Positions 1-9,011 of a DNA stretch of 27,266 nt are shown one piece after another. Origin of the DNA: Candidatus Poribacteria bacterium (GTDB lineage: Bacteria; Poribacteria; WGA-4E; UBA9662). The DNA lies in contig JAYGDX010000092.1 of assembly GCA_046582655.1 (NCBI GenBank), positions 1 through 27,266 of the forward strand, given 5' to 3'. The translations under genes were made by a program, and so were the position numbers. The first letter of the stretch is position 1, and each line of letters starts with the position of its first letter. Under the pieces are notes generated by a model, which saw only the letters and a list, made by a program, of their open reading frames with translations, had not been told where the DNA came from and ran no database searches.

Positions 1-34
1 CCATAATTAACAGAATATTTGGGCTGTCCGCCAT
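1..34 (-). CDS. N-terminus of a probable sulfatase (continues beyond the left edge)
   Basis: Reverse strand reads ATG GCG GAC AGC CCA AAT ATT CTG TTA ATT ATG = MADSPNILLIM, matching the PN(I/V)LLIM start of sulfatases. A GGAG RBS lies just upstream on the minus strand (plus-strand ctcc at 45-48). Only 11 codons are visible. Confidence 0.65.
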   Translation of the reverse strand, partial: MADSPNILLIM

Positions 35-85
35 TGTTAAATACTCCGCATCCGTATCGCTGCAAATCCGTGAGAATATGGTTTT

Positions 86-528
86 TTATCTGTGTTTCTT
101 TATTTCAGCTTAACAAGCGGTGAGCTTACCTTTTGGTTGAATGTCTAAACCGATTTTAATTAGCTGTTCGACTTCCTCCTTGCTAAGTACACGATTATAT
201 AGATAAAACTCATCCAGACAACCGTGCCACGCAGGCCATTCCGGATCAAGTTTTACCCCAGACGGTTCAGCTTCAACCATCAAATCCGAATTGTTGACTG
301 TAATCGGTCCTTTCCGACTCGACTTTCCTTTGCGTTGACCATCAACATAGATTCGGGTATCGTTACCATCAAAGGTCAAGGCTAGATGATACCATTTGTT
401 AGGTTTCAGAGTTGCTTTCGTGTTGCCGAATGAAAGATGGATGATTAAGCCCTCTTCAAGACCTGCAAGCCATAAGCAAAAACCATGGAAACCATTAAAA
501 TAGAGAAGATTGGTAATCTTAATTCCAT
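86..528 (-). pseudogene. Degraded secreted LamG/concanavalin-like domain protein
   Basis: ATG at 528 gives a signal peptide (MELRLPIFSILMVSMVFAYGL) in a different frame from AGLEEGLIIHLSF...KPNKWYHLALTFDG...IYVDG...LDEFYLYNRVLS (LamG motifs). The N-terminal half of the LamG domain appears to be missing. The tail reads KGKLTAC*AEIKKHR*, with TAA (110-112) where Trp is expected. Confidence 0.75.
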
Positions 529-719
529 CTGAATTAACCTGTATTAGAGAGGTTACCTAAACTTGAGCCAATCAGGATCAGTTTAAACTTTATTGAGCTT
601 GTATGCAGATTATACTACATCTTCATATTAGATTCACGACTATATTCTGTCGATAGTTATTGCCTTTAGCTAATTGTCCAGATCTGGGAACTAACTGGCA
701 TCAGCTTTCGACATTTTTC

Positions 720-749
720 TTGACAAACCAAATTGAGCACTGTTATGCT
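720..749 (+). promoter_or_regulatory. sigma70-type promoter for the blaI-led operon
   Basis: TTGACA (720-725), 18-nt spacer, and TATGCT (744-749) preceded by TGn (extended -10), about 150 nt upstream of the BlaI-family gene. Confidence 0.6.
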
Positions 750-774
750 ACAATGTTAGTACTAATATGCTAGT
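748..774. promoter_or_regulatory. Candidate tandem BlaI-family operator
   Basis: Two CTA-N6-TAG dyads (ctacaatgttag 748-759, ctaatatgctag 762-773) joined by the perfect palindrome ttagtactaa (756-765), overlapping the -10/+1 region. The first resembles the TACA-NN-TGTA box of BlaI/MecI/CopY. Confidence 0.5.
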
Positions 775-896
775 TTATAATTTATGTAGCTAAACTCAAT
801 AGCCAGGTGACAATGGATCAATTTTGAAGACAGAGAATTGAATCTGATTTGATACCAGATTGTGGAGATACGATTTTTCGATAAGAAAGGAAGACA

Positions 897-1277
897 GTGG
901 CATTTAAAAAATTGCATCGTTTAGACCTTGAAGTTATGAAAGTAATATGGGAGCGCGGTCAGGCTACAGTTAGCGATGTACTGGATACAATCAACCGAAA
1001 ACTGGCCTATACCACCGTAGCTACCACTATGAAGCATCTGGAACGGAAAGGGTTCCTAACCTATAAAGTCGATGGCCGAACCTTTGTCTACCAACCACTG
1101 ATACGGGAGACCGAGGTTTCTCAATCAATGCTCAGCGATTTGCTAGAACGATTTTTTGACAATTCCGCGGAAAGATTGGTTAATACTCTTCTGGAAACCG
1201 AACAGATTGACTCCGTTGAACTTGATCGTCTGCAACAACTGATCAACCGCTACAAGGAAGGAGACACCAATGAGTAA
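897..1277 (+). CDS. blaI: BlaI/MecI/CopY family transcriptional repressor
   Basis: LEVMKVIWERGQATVSDV...LAYTTVATTMKHLERKGFL...GRTFVYQP winged-helix signature; 126 aa; GTG start after AAGGAAG; overlaps the start of the M56 gene. Confidence 0.95.
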   Translation: MAFKKLHRLDLEVMKVIWERGQATVSDVLDTINRKLAYTTVATTMKHLERKGFLTYKVDGRTFVYQPLIRETEVSQSMLSDLLERFFDNSAERLVNTLLETEQIDSVELDRLQQLINRYKEGDTNE

Positions 1278-3939
1278 GAATATCCTGATTGCACTACTAA
1301 ACTGTTCCTGGCAATGGTCCATAATTTTCGTACTCACCTGGTTTATCACTGCACGAAGTCGGAAGTCTAACATCATGTTGTATGCGCTGTGGTTTGTTGC
1401 CTTAATTAGTTTTCCCATTCTGTTCGGATTGAATAACATTGTACCTGGCATCTCCATAACGGGTTCACAAATTACAAACCTCTTTAAAAACGCAGAAATC
1501 CGACAGCGACCTGATCCTATGACCAATAACTTGGTAATCAAATCAACAGAAACCAAGACGCAGAATCTGATGTTAAGCAACGTAAATACCGAAACCACTC
1601 CAAGTTCAGGTAAAAGCCTTTTTTCTACTTCTGGCGCACAATCGTCAATCTTAAAGCAATTCAGGCTATGGGCAGACTGGCTGCTATGTTTGTGGGGGCT
1701 TGTCATCTTTGGATTGGTAATTCGTATATCATTAGGTCTGTGGCGAATCAGGCAGCTGAAGTTCTCTGCCTATGCTGCTGATCATCAATATCAGGATCTT
1801 TGCCACCGTTTGTGCGACCAATTGAATATTAATCAGACTGTTACTCTCAGAATTTCGGATCAGATTGATGCTCCGATTTCCTTTGGGTGGCGTTTTCCCC
1901 ACATCCTGATTCCTAAGACAACCACTTTAGATCAATTCGAGTTGATTGCGGTTCACGAACTGGCACATATCCGTAGATTGGATTGGCCGGCGAATCTGAT
2001 CACTCAAATTATCGGCGCCTTCTTCTTTTTCCATCCGCTTTTCTACTTGGCAACCCAACGATTGACTGAAATGCGAGAGCGTATTTGCGACGACTCAGTA
2101 ATCCAAGTTACAGACCACCGTACCGACTATGCGCAATGCTTGCTGGACATGACAAATTCTGGTAATCGGCAGATACCTTTAGCTTTAGGTTTAAATCATC
2201 ATAAATCAAAACTACAGGATAGAATTAAGTCTATTATTGAGATAGATCGTGAAATTCGTCTCCAACCATTAAAATTATCTCAGATATTCGGTATTATTCT
2301 CCTTTTTACCCTGTTACCATTGCTTTCAACTGCTCAGCTAGTACCTGTTCGAACCGCACAACTCTTACTCTTCACCCAAGCGACAGATCAGCGGCTATCA
2401 ACAAACAATATCAGTGAAGCAGGAAAAAAGGTAAAAGACGTCAAAAGCACAGCTTTACCGACTCCTTTGCTCGCGGCAGCTAAACCTGTTCGGGGAGGAA
2501 CCCCTAAAGGCAAATTTCGGTCACCTGTGAAACAGAATGTCAATAAAGAATTTCTTAATCACTTGTCCAGTACCTTACAAACAGCACCCGAAGAAATCCG
2601 TCTGCAAATTGTTACTAAGGTTTTGGACGAAATCGGGGAATCTGCTGTACCAATCCTGATTGCAGTTTTAAATGACGAGTCTGCTAAAGTACGAAACGCT
2701 GCTGTCGACGCACTGGGAAAAATCGGGGAATCTGCTGAGAAGGCCGAGCCTGAAATCGTTAGCGGTTTAGCCAAGGCGGCAACCGATGAATCTGATAAAA
2801 TCCGTCGTAATGCCATAGAGGAACTTGGCGACATCAATTCGTCCTCGCCTGAAGCTATCTCCATCTTAATTAAGGGACTGGGTGATCAATCAAAGGACAT
2901 TCGTCTGAAATCTGCAGCAACAATAATGAAAATAGGATTACCGGCCAAATCCGCAGTGCCAGCGCTGATGAATGCACTTGGAGATGAATCAGATTCAGTA
3001 CGTCGAAAGGTCATGTCCGCCTTGGGGGAAATGGGATCATTGGCCAGATCCGCAGTGCCAAAGCTGATCGAGGCATCTAAAGATAAATCCGATAAAACAC
3101 GATTGACTGCTATTGAAGCGCTGGGGAGTATTGGAGAAACCGAAGGATCAATTAACAACCAGATCACTCCGATTTTAATTGATGCGCTGACGGATGAAAA
3201 CGATGATATTCGACGTGAAGCAGCTGATGAGCTTGGCGATATCGGAGCCACATCCCCTCAAGCGATCTCTGCTTTGATCAGGAGGTTGCACGATGACGAG
3301 GGTGATGTCCGTGATGAAGTGATAGAATCACTTGGACAAATTGGTAAGCCTGCTTTATCAGAGTTGAAGAAGGCATCAATTTACGGATCCGATGAGACAA
3401 ACCGAATGATTGTCCAAGTGTTTATCCGAATCGGTTTACCTGCGGTTACTCTATTAAACGAAATGATGAAGAATCTTTCAGATCAAATTCGATACGAAAT
3501 CATCGATGCTTTGGGAGATATTGGTGAGGATGACCCATCCGCGGTTGCAAGCATTGAACCAATACTGATTACAGCTTTAGCGAGTCAATCCGAAGACATT
3601 CGCCGTAACGCCACAGAGGAGCTGGGAGATATAAAGGCTTCATCAAAAGACGCAATTCGTGTTTTGTCCAACGTCTTGCTTGATCCAGATAAAAAAATAC
3701 GACGTAAAGCGGCTGAAGCGTTAGGTGAAATTGGTCAGGTTGCCCAAATCGCAGTTCCAGCATTAACGAACTTGTTGGATGATGATTCCAAAGGGGTTCG
3801 ACTTGAAGTGGTCGAAGCACTGGGGAAGATAGGCTCTCCGGCTCAGATCGTTATACCTGCGCTAGTTAGAATGCTTGGAGATTCGTCTGATGAAGTCCGT
3901 GACAGAGCTGCAAAAGCTATCAGGCAACTCAGCAATTAG
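1270..3939 (+). CDS. M56 (BlaR1/MecR1-like) membrane metallopeptidase with C-terminal HEAT/PBS-lyase repeats
   Basis: N-terminal TM segments; P-x-SFGWRFPHILIP; HELAH zinc motif (1954-1968); RERICDD..V and Y...LL motifs of M56; last TM near aa 340; then many ~31-38 aa VRxxAxxALGxIG repeats. Confidence 0.93.
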   Translation: MSKNILIALLNCSWQWSIIFVLTWFITARSRKSNIMLYALWFVALISFPILFGLNNIVPGISITGSQITNLFKNAEIRQRPDPMTNNLVIKSTETKTQNLMLSNVNTETTPSSGKSLFSTSGAQSSILKQFRLWADWLLCLWGLVIFGLVIRISLGLWRIRQLKFSAYAADHQYQDLCHRLCDQLNINQTVTLRISDQIDAPISFGWRFPHILIPKTTTLDQFELIAVHELAHIRRLDWPANLITQIIGAFFFFHPLFYLATQRLTEMRERICDDSVIQVTDHRTDYAQCLLDMTNSGNRQIPLALGLNHHKSKLQDRIKSIIEIDREIRLQPLKLSQIFGIILLFTLLPLLSTAQLVPVRTAQLLLFTQATDQRLSTNNISEAGKKVKDVKSTALPTPLLAAAKPVRGGTPKGKFRSPVKQNVNKEFLNHLSSTLQTAPEEIRLQIVTKVLDEIGESAVPILIAVLNDESAKVRNAAVDALGKIGESAEKAEPEIVSGLAKAATDESDKIRRNAIEELGDINSSSPEAISILIKGLGDQSKDIRLKSAATIMKIGLPAKSAVPALMNALGDESDSVRRKVMSALGEMGSLARSAVPKLIEASKDKSDKTRLTAIEALGSIGETEGSINNQITPILIDALTDENDDIRREAADELGDIGATSPQAISALIRRLHDDEGDVRDEVIESLGQIGKPALSELKKASIYGSDETNRMIVQVFIRIGLPAVTLLNEMMKNLSDQIRYEIIDALGDIGEDDPSAVASIEPILITALASQSEDIRRNATEELGDIKASSKDAIRVLSNVLLDPDKKIRRKAAEALGEIGQVAQIAVPALTNLLDDDSKGVRLEVVEALGKIGSPAQIVIPALVRMLGDSSDEVRDRAAKAIRQLSN
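2600..3930 (+). repeat. HEAT-like repeat array in the M56 protein (boundaries approximate)
   Basis: Recurrent L..L.D....(V/I)R..A...LG.IG units, roughly a dozen copies. Confidence 0.85.
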
Positions 3940-3976
3940 TGGCACAAACTCGAATAGGCACTATACCGAGCCAGCC

Positions 3977-4855
3977 ATGTTAAAATTAATAGGATCAAGG
4001 GTTGCTTTGCTGGCTCTGGTCGCATGTGCGTGTGTGCTATGCATATATTTTTTTCCGTCAACAAAGCTGTTAGTTAGCAGGGAAAATCAATTACCCTCAC
4101 CATATCCCACCAAACTTCCCTATAGGCGAATTGGAAACATTTGTCAAAGCCGGATTAGAGAACCTTCCGGCATTACTTATCATCCCAAACGGAAAAGTCT
4201 ATTTGTCATAGGTGATGAAGGGCATCTCTATGAAATGACAATGGACGGTAAGGTAATTCGCTCTAAACGTTTGAAACGGAAAGATCTTGAAGGACTCACT
4301 GTCAATCCATCTAACGGTCACCTTTATGCTGTTGTCGAAGGTAACGATACTATTCTTGAAATAGATCAAAAAAGTCTGCGAATTATCCGAAAATTTGAGA
4401 TAAACCGGAAATTCAATGGTCAGGAATTACTGAAGAAAAGAGGAAACGGGTTGGAAGCAATAGTCTTTGTTCCTGACCCATCACATCCAGAAGGAGGTAC
4501 ATTTTGGGTTGGCAACCAATCTTTTGATCTCCGGTTGGGTAAGGAACCTTCAGTCGTCTGTCAAATTAATATTCCACTTCGCTCATCTAGAAAGAAGAAG
4601 GCTAAAGGGAAGATTATCCGCTTCTTTTCTATGGATACAATTGACATTTCCGGACTCACCTATGACACAAGACGCAATCGACTGGTTGTCATCAACGATA
4701 AGCCTAATTTGTTACAGGAAGTAAAGTATGATGGTCAAGTTCTTCATCAATACCAGTTGCCGGGAAAAGATCAGGAAGGTGTTGCGCTGGACACTATGGG
4801 ATATATTTATATCGCACAAGAAAACGGGGAGATTATCAAATTCAAACCCCGTTAA
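3977..4855 (+). CDS. SdiA-regulated/YjiK-like beta-propeller protein with N-terminal membrane anchor
   Basis: EPSGITY, DLEGLT, GLEAI, DISGLTY, DQEGVA blade motifs. ATG 3977 is preferred over the track start 3875, which overlaps the upstream gene; a hydrophobic anchor follows directly. Confidence 0.85.
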   Translation: MLKLIGSRVALLALVACACVLCIYFFPSTKLLVSRENQLPSPYPTKLPYRRIGNICQSRIREPSGITYHPKRKSLFVIGDEGHLYEMTMDGKVIRSKRLKRKDLEGLTVNPSNGHLYAVVEGNDTILEIDQKSLRIIRKFEINRKFNGQELLKKRGNGLEAIVFVPDPSHPEGGTFWVGNQSFDLRLGKEPSVVCQINIPLRSSRKKKAKGKIIRFFSMDTIDISGLTYDTRRNRLVVINDKPNLLQEVKYDGQVLHQYQLPGKDQEGVALDTMGYIYIAQENGEIIKFKPR

Positions 4856-4873
4856 AAGAGAACATATGAAGTT

Positions 4874-5596
4874 TTGAAAGGAATACTGAAAATAATCGAT
4901 GACAACCGCCAGATTCAACAACGCAAGATTTTTCGCTGGATGCTCGTGATTTTATTGGCAACTGGCTTGGGGGTTGCCATCGGGTTTGGGAAGAAGGTTT
5001 CTCTGACCGAAATCCCTGCTGTGGTCCGAGATACGATTGTCCGTGAAATTGGCCAGGCACTGATAGACAAAATCGACCTGGACAAGGATGACGATGAAAT
5101 TGTGTATGAAGTGGATGCTGAAGGTGATGGAATTGACATTGAACTGAAAGTTGCCGGCGACGGCACCCTGCAGAAAAAGAAGGTTGAGGAGGAAATTTCC
5201 CTTTCTAAACTTCCGCAAGTCGTACATGACACGGTCACTAGAGAGATCAGAAATCTTTGGATCGAGGAAGTAAGGTGCAAAACCCGGCTCGGTGGACGTA
5301 TTTCTTACGAAATCGAAGCCAGCGGGGAGGGGAAGGAAATTGATCTGGAAGTCGCCGCCGATGGATGGTTATTGTATAAAAAAATTGATGATAGTGATGA
5401 CGACGATAACGATGACACTCTCCGGATTGAGGCCGAGCTCCTAGCCAAATCCACTCCACCTACGCTTTTTGATATTGCGCCTTATCGTGATGCACTGGTG
5501 TTTTATGAGTATCATGTTCAAAGGCGCATCAAAGGCAAATTCAAAGGGGACAGAATCCGTGTCACCCATTGGGCGATTTACGACAACCAACTGTAG
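4874..5596 (+). CDS. 5' fragment: membrane-anchored tandem PepSY-like domain protein
   Basis: Two copies of (V/I)SL..(I/L)P.VV.DT(I/V).REI...(I)..(I/V)......YE(V/I).A...G..I.L.VA.DG.L, the PepSY-like/BLIP-like pattern, followed by an acidic linker DDSDDDDNDD. Confidence 0.6.
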   Translation: MKGILKIIDDNRQIQQRKIFRWMLVILLATGLGVAIGFGKKVSLTEIPAVVRDTIVREIGQALIDKIDLDKDDDEIVYEVDAEGDGIDIELKVAGDGTLQKKKVEEEISLSKLPQVVHDTVTREIRNLWIEEVRCKTRLGGRISYEIEASGEGKEIDLEVAADGWLLYKKIDDSDDDDNDDTLRIEAELLAKSTPPTLFDIAPYRDALVFYEYHVQRRIKGKFKGDRIRVTHWAIYDNQL

Positions 5597-6006
5597 GCAA
5601 TCCAAGAGGCAGAAATCGGAGAAAGGCAGGCGTTGGCACTTCGTCCATTGCATCAATTCCACGAACTTGAGGGTATCTACACTAGTGATACGTTGGATTT
5701 AGACCCCGATATCCCACTTTATCACAATATCGGGCAGAAAATCCTCGAAAACCAGTCTGTGGCAGAGCGTTACGACTACAATTGCACTCTGTCCGACACC
5801 ATGCCAGCCTTTTGGCTACTGAAAGACCAGTTGAAATTGGTTGTTTTAGGTGACTCCAGAGGAGAAAAAGGCGTACTGGCAAAGCTCTTTTTTGGTCAAG
5901 AAAATCACACCACACCAATGGCATATAACCTATCGGTTTCTGGAGCACCATTGGAGTTACAGGAAACAGTGGTTAATAAGTACCTTTTGAAACTGCCTAA
6001 ACTGGA

Positions 6007-6609
6007 GTGGGTGGTATATCAGGTGTCTCCACGAGTGGTTATATACATCATGAGAATTCCACGAATAAGAGGCTTTTGAGAAGCCATGGATTCGCTTTCG
6101 ACCGAGCTAATTCAGATACACTCTGGCAACCATCAAAAGAACAAAATGTGACCGTTTCGGAACTCACTTCGATTCCTTATATTGCCGATTATTGGCAGAA
6201 GAATCCTTGGGGGTTGGAATCGGACGATGATGTTTGGGACAATCCAAAAACAAAGAAAAAATGGAAGCAAAGGTGGGAAATTTCAGAAAAGCGGTGGAAT
6301 CGTCTTAAATCGATGATTACTGCATTGAACGAAAAAGAAATTCGGGTTTTGTTGTACCTGTCACCCACCCACCCGATTATCCGTAATTCGCCTGTGGTGG
6401 ACGACGATGGAACGACTAGGAAAGGGTATCAGGAGTTGGTCAGTCGGTTGAAGGAACTTGAAGGGCAATATTCCAATCTCGTCTTCATCGATTTGCTGCA
6501 GGGAGGCAATCATGGCTTTGAAAGGCAGATGTTTCGTGATTTAGATCACCTTAATGAAGCCGGGGCAAGGAAGTTGACACGGACATTAGATAATATTCTG
6601 CAACGGTAA
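6007..6609 (+). CDS. 3' fragment: C-terminal half of SGNH-like domain
   Basis: IRVLLYLSPTHP...VFIDL...FRDLDHLNEAGARKLT, typical of DltD/PatB-like SGNH C-termini; no independent N-terminus. Confidence 0.55.
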   Translation: MGGISGVSTSGYIHHENSTNKRLLRSHGFAFDRANSDTLWQPSKEQNVTVSELTSIPYIADYWQKNPWGLESDDDVWDNPKTKKKWKQRWEISEKRWNRLKSMITALNEKEIRVLLYLSPTHPIIRNSPVVDDDGTTRKGYQELVSRLKELEGQYSNLVFIDLLQGGNHGFERQMFRDLDHLNEAGARKLTRTLDNILQR

Positions 6610-6611
6610 AA

Positions 6612-9005
6612 ATGAATAAATCCAGATCCCCAAAAGTGCCATTCTCAAAGTTCACTGACTGTTTTCGAAACCCGAAAGAGAAACTTTTGCAACTTCTCAA
6701 AGGTGCTAACGCTGCTCTCTGTCTTCTCTTCATCTACTTGTCACCGGTTCCTGCTGCCGTTTCCCAAGAAATCCTCAAAATTTCGCCCAATCCTGACGGC
6801 GGCACGACTGAAGAAAACGGTGCGCCGAAAGAACACGCGTTGGACGCAGGGCTGATTTTTCAATTGTCAACGCTCAATGATGAGATTTTTGCTCGGGACG
6901 TGGAAGGACAACAAATTAACTGGCTTGAGGCTACGCCTCGTGGGTTCGCCCGGCGGAATGCATTTGGTGCGTTGGACGTGAGTGCGGGCGGGTATATGAT
7001 TGAGCAGGTAGGTTCTCTTCTTGTCGACCACCTAGAGAGGACTCAGGCGTTTACACTGATGGCGTCGGTTACTTGTTTCGATGGGGATATCGCAGGTGAG
7101 GCGCGGATCATTTCGTTGTCGGTGGGCGAGAGAGGGATAAAGCTGGCGCAGAGGGGTGCTCAGATCATGTTTCGTACGGAGGGCATGGACGGAAATCGAG
7201 TCTGCGAGGCACTTCCCGGTGAAAGAAGGCATATCGGTATTACGTATGCTGATCGAACTCTCCATTATGTGGTGAATGGATTGTCGATTGCCGCAGAGAC
7301 TCTAGACGAAAAGATTTCGATTCCAAATGCGGCGACATTGAGTTTCGGTGAAGTCGCGCAGTCGATGTCCAGCCGGTGGAATGGGATCATTGAAGGTGTG
7401 GCTGTATATGACCGGGCGTTGACACTGGAAGAGATTGCTGCGCTCGATAAGGCCGAGAAAACGCGAATTGCCGAGCGTGAGCCAATCCCACAGTTGAGAG
7501 TGCGAGCGGTTCTGCTGGACAAGTCACATGTTCCTACACCGCAGGAGTTGAGTCCCTATACGCAGTCCTTGGCTGTATTTCTCTATGAAGTAAGGGAGGT
7601 GTTGTCCGGCCAGTATGAAGAAGAGCAACTTCACGTGGCTCACTGGTGTGTATTGGATCGAGATGCTCTACCCTATAAGGATACGAAGATAGGTAGTGAG
7701 CATGTCCTGTTATTGGAGCCGTTTGAAGTCCACCCTTATCTGGAGTCCGAGCCTATCTCTACTGATGTCGTAGAAGACTTTTCTCTTCTCTGGTTTTATG
7801 ACGTTGGGGGACGGTCGCTGGGCTTCGAAGTCGCCCGCATCTCCGAGTCCAATGTGACAGCTTTCATTACGAAGGAAAGCGTCGAACACGCTGACGTCCT
7901 AAGAGGTCTGCCTCCACCATTTACGGGACGTGAACGTGCTGCTCGTGCGGCCGCCATTCGCGATGAGTTGGCATCCGCGCGCAAGCGTCTACAACCCTAT
8001 CGCAGTGAGCATGCACGGTGGCTCCGGGCGGTCGATCCCTTTTACGAAACGCTATCCGAGAAATTGGAAGTCATGGAAGGTGCTGGCGCCAGCTATTATA
8101 TTGGGCGGGACGGTTTCGGCTTCCATCAAGGAAATGTGAGGTATCTGGTTACTGCGTACCCGGCCCTGAAGTTGGGAGAGGAGGCGCTGTTAAAGGCCGA
8201 GCGCGACGACTTCCCCGAGTTCAATGCCGCGTTGCGCGCCGTGGAGAGCATCATTGAGTTTAATGCCGCGCTAAAGAGTCGCAATATTGATCTGTTGGTG
8301 GTTCTCATCCCGGGTCGTGCTCATGTGATGACGGACGAGTCAGCTGAGTTTGGAAGTGGTGTGGCCACGCTGCTCTTCCCGTTTCGCGATCTGCTGAACG
8401 AGCGTCTGCTCCGTGCTGATGTCGAGGCACTGAACATACATGAGGCAATGGTGGATGCCTATCGGACAGGGGATGGGCCCGTCTACCTGCGTTCCGACAT
8501 GCATTGGGCACCCAGCGGCATACAAGTCGCGGCCGAAAAGATCGGGAAGCGACTCTCCCGCTACGACTTTATTCGCGACCCGGAAGGATTGGGAAGACGC
8601 TTCGTGGAAGAGTCGTTAAGCATCAACTTTGGCCCAGGAACAGATTTTCGTGATGAGCTGGATGCCGATGGACAGCCGTACCTGGCCGAGTCGCTCGATG
8701 TGATTTGTGTACGTCACATAGACGGTTCACGTGTTGAGCCGGATGTGGATTCACCGGTACTGCTGATGGGGGATAGCTTTGTGGAATTCTTCTCTGGCGT
8801 CAGTGCGGATTTGGCTGCGTACATCGCGGCAGAAATTGGAATGCCGATCGCACGCATTGCTGGCGATGCAGCCGGACCGCGTGCACCGCGTATGCTATCT
8901 ATGAAGAGGGAAAACTATATCCGCGGAAAGCGTGTAGTGATACTTGCATTTCTCGAGAGCTATATGTTTAAACCATCTACGCGGTGGACGCGATTTGGGG
9001 AGTAG
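6612..9005 (+). CDS. Secreted LamG + 105-aa module + AlgJ/AlgX-like O-acetyltransferase
   Basis: Hydrophobic signal/anchor; LamG motifs (RHIGITY, WNGIIEGVAVYDRALT); G.DGF.F, IDLLVVLIP, YLRSDMHWAPSG (DxHW) and LLMGDSF in the permuted order of AlgJ/AlgX. Confidence 0.85.
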   Translation: MNKSRSPKVPFSKFTDCFRNPKEKLLQLLKGANAALCLLFIYLSPVPAAVSQEILKISPNPDGGTTEENGAPKEHALDAGLIFQLSTLNDEIFARDVEGQQINWLEATPRGFARRNAFGALDVSAGGYMIEQVGSLLVDHLERTQAFTLMASVTCFDGDIAGEARIISLSVGERGIKLAQRGAQIMFRTEGMDGNRVCEALPGERRHIGITYADRTLHYVVNGLSIAAETLDEKISIPNAATLSFGEVAQSMSSRWNGIIEGVAVYDRALTLEEIAALDKAEKTRIAEREPIPQLRVRAVLLDKSHVPTPQELSPYTQSLAVFLYEVREVLSGQYEEEQLHVAHWCVLDRDALPYKDTKIGSEHVLLLEPFEVHPYLESEPISTDVVEDFSLLWFYDVGGRSLGFEVARISESNVTAFITKESVEHADVLRGLPPPFTGRERAARAAAIRDELASARKRLQPYRSEHARWLRAVDPFYETLSEKLEVMEGAGASYYIGRDGFGFHQGNVRYLVTAYPALKLGEEALLKAERDDFPEFNAALRAVESIIEFNAALKSRNIDLLVVLIPGRAHVMTDESAEFGSGVATLLFPFRDLLNERLLRADVEALNIHEAMVDAYRTGDGPVYLRSDMHWAPSGIQVAAEKIGKRLSRYDFIRDPEGLGRRFVEESLSINFGPGTDFRDELDADGQPYLAESLDVICVRHIDGSRVEPDVDSPVLLMGDSFVEFFSGVSADLAAYIAAEIGMPIARIAGDAAGPRAPRMLSMKRENYIRGKRVVILAFLESYMFKPSTRWTRFGE

Positions 9006-9011
9006 GGCGGA

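Larger units (their letters stand above)
4874..6609 (+). pseudogene. Interrupted gene: TM anchor + 2x PepSY-like + 105-aa module + SGNH-hydrolase-like domain (split into ORFs 4874-5596, 5633-6079, 6007-6609)
   Basis: In-frame TAG at 5594-5596 falls inside a module that aligns without gaps to paralogous copies. 5633-6079 is in the same frame and carries LGDSRG and YNLSVSGA (SGNH blocks I/II). A frameshift near 6040 leads to the frame carrying FRDLDHLNEAGA (DxxH block V). Confidence 0.75.

Noticed and set aside
3875..3976. Longer N-terminus for the SdiA-regulated protein
   Set aside because: Overlaps the M56 gene by 65 nt; ATG 3977 directly precedes the hydrophobic anchor.
5594..9005. Genome-wide TAG reassignment (alternative genetic code)
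   Set aside because: TAG ends the MBOAT exactly at its conserved C-terminal motif (10914) and ends the M56 gene (3939); no internal TAGs appear in the other long genes.
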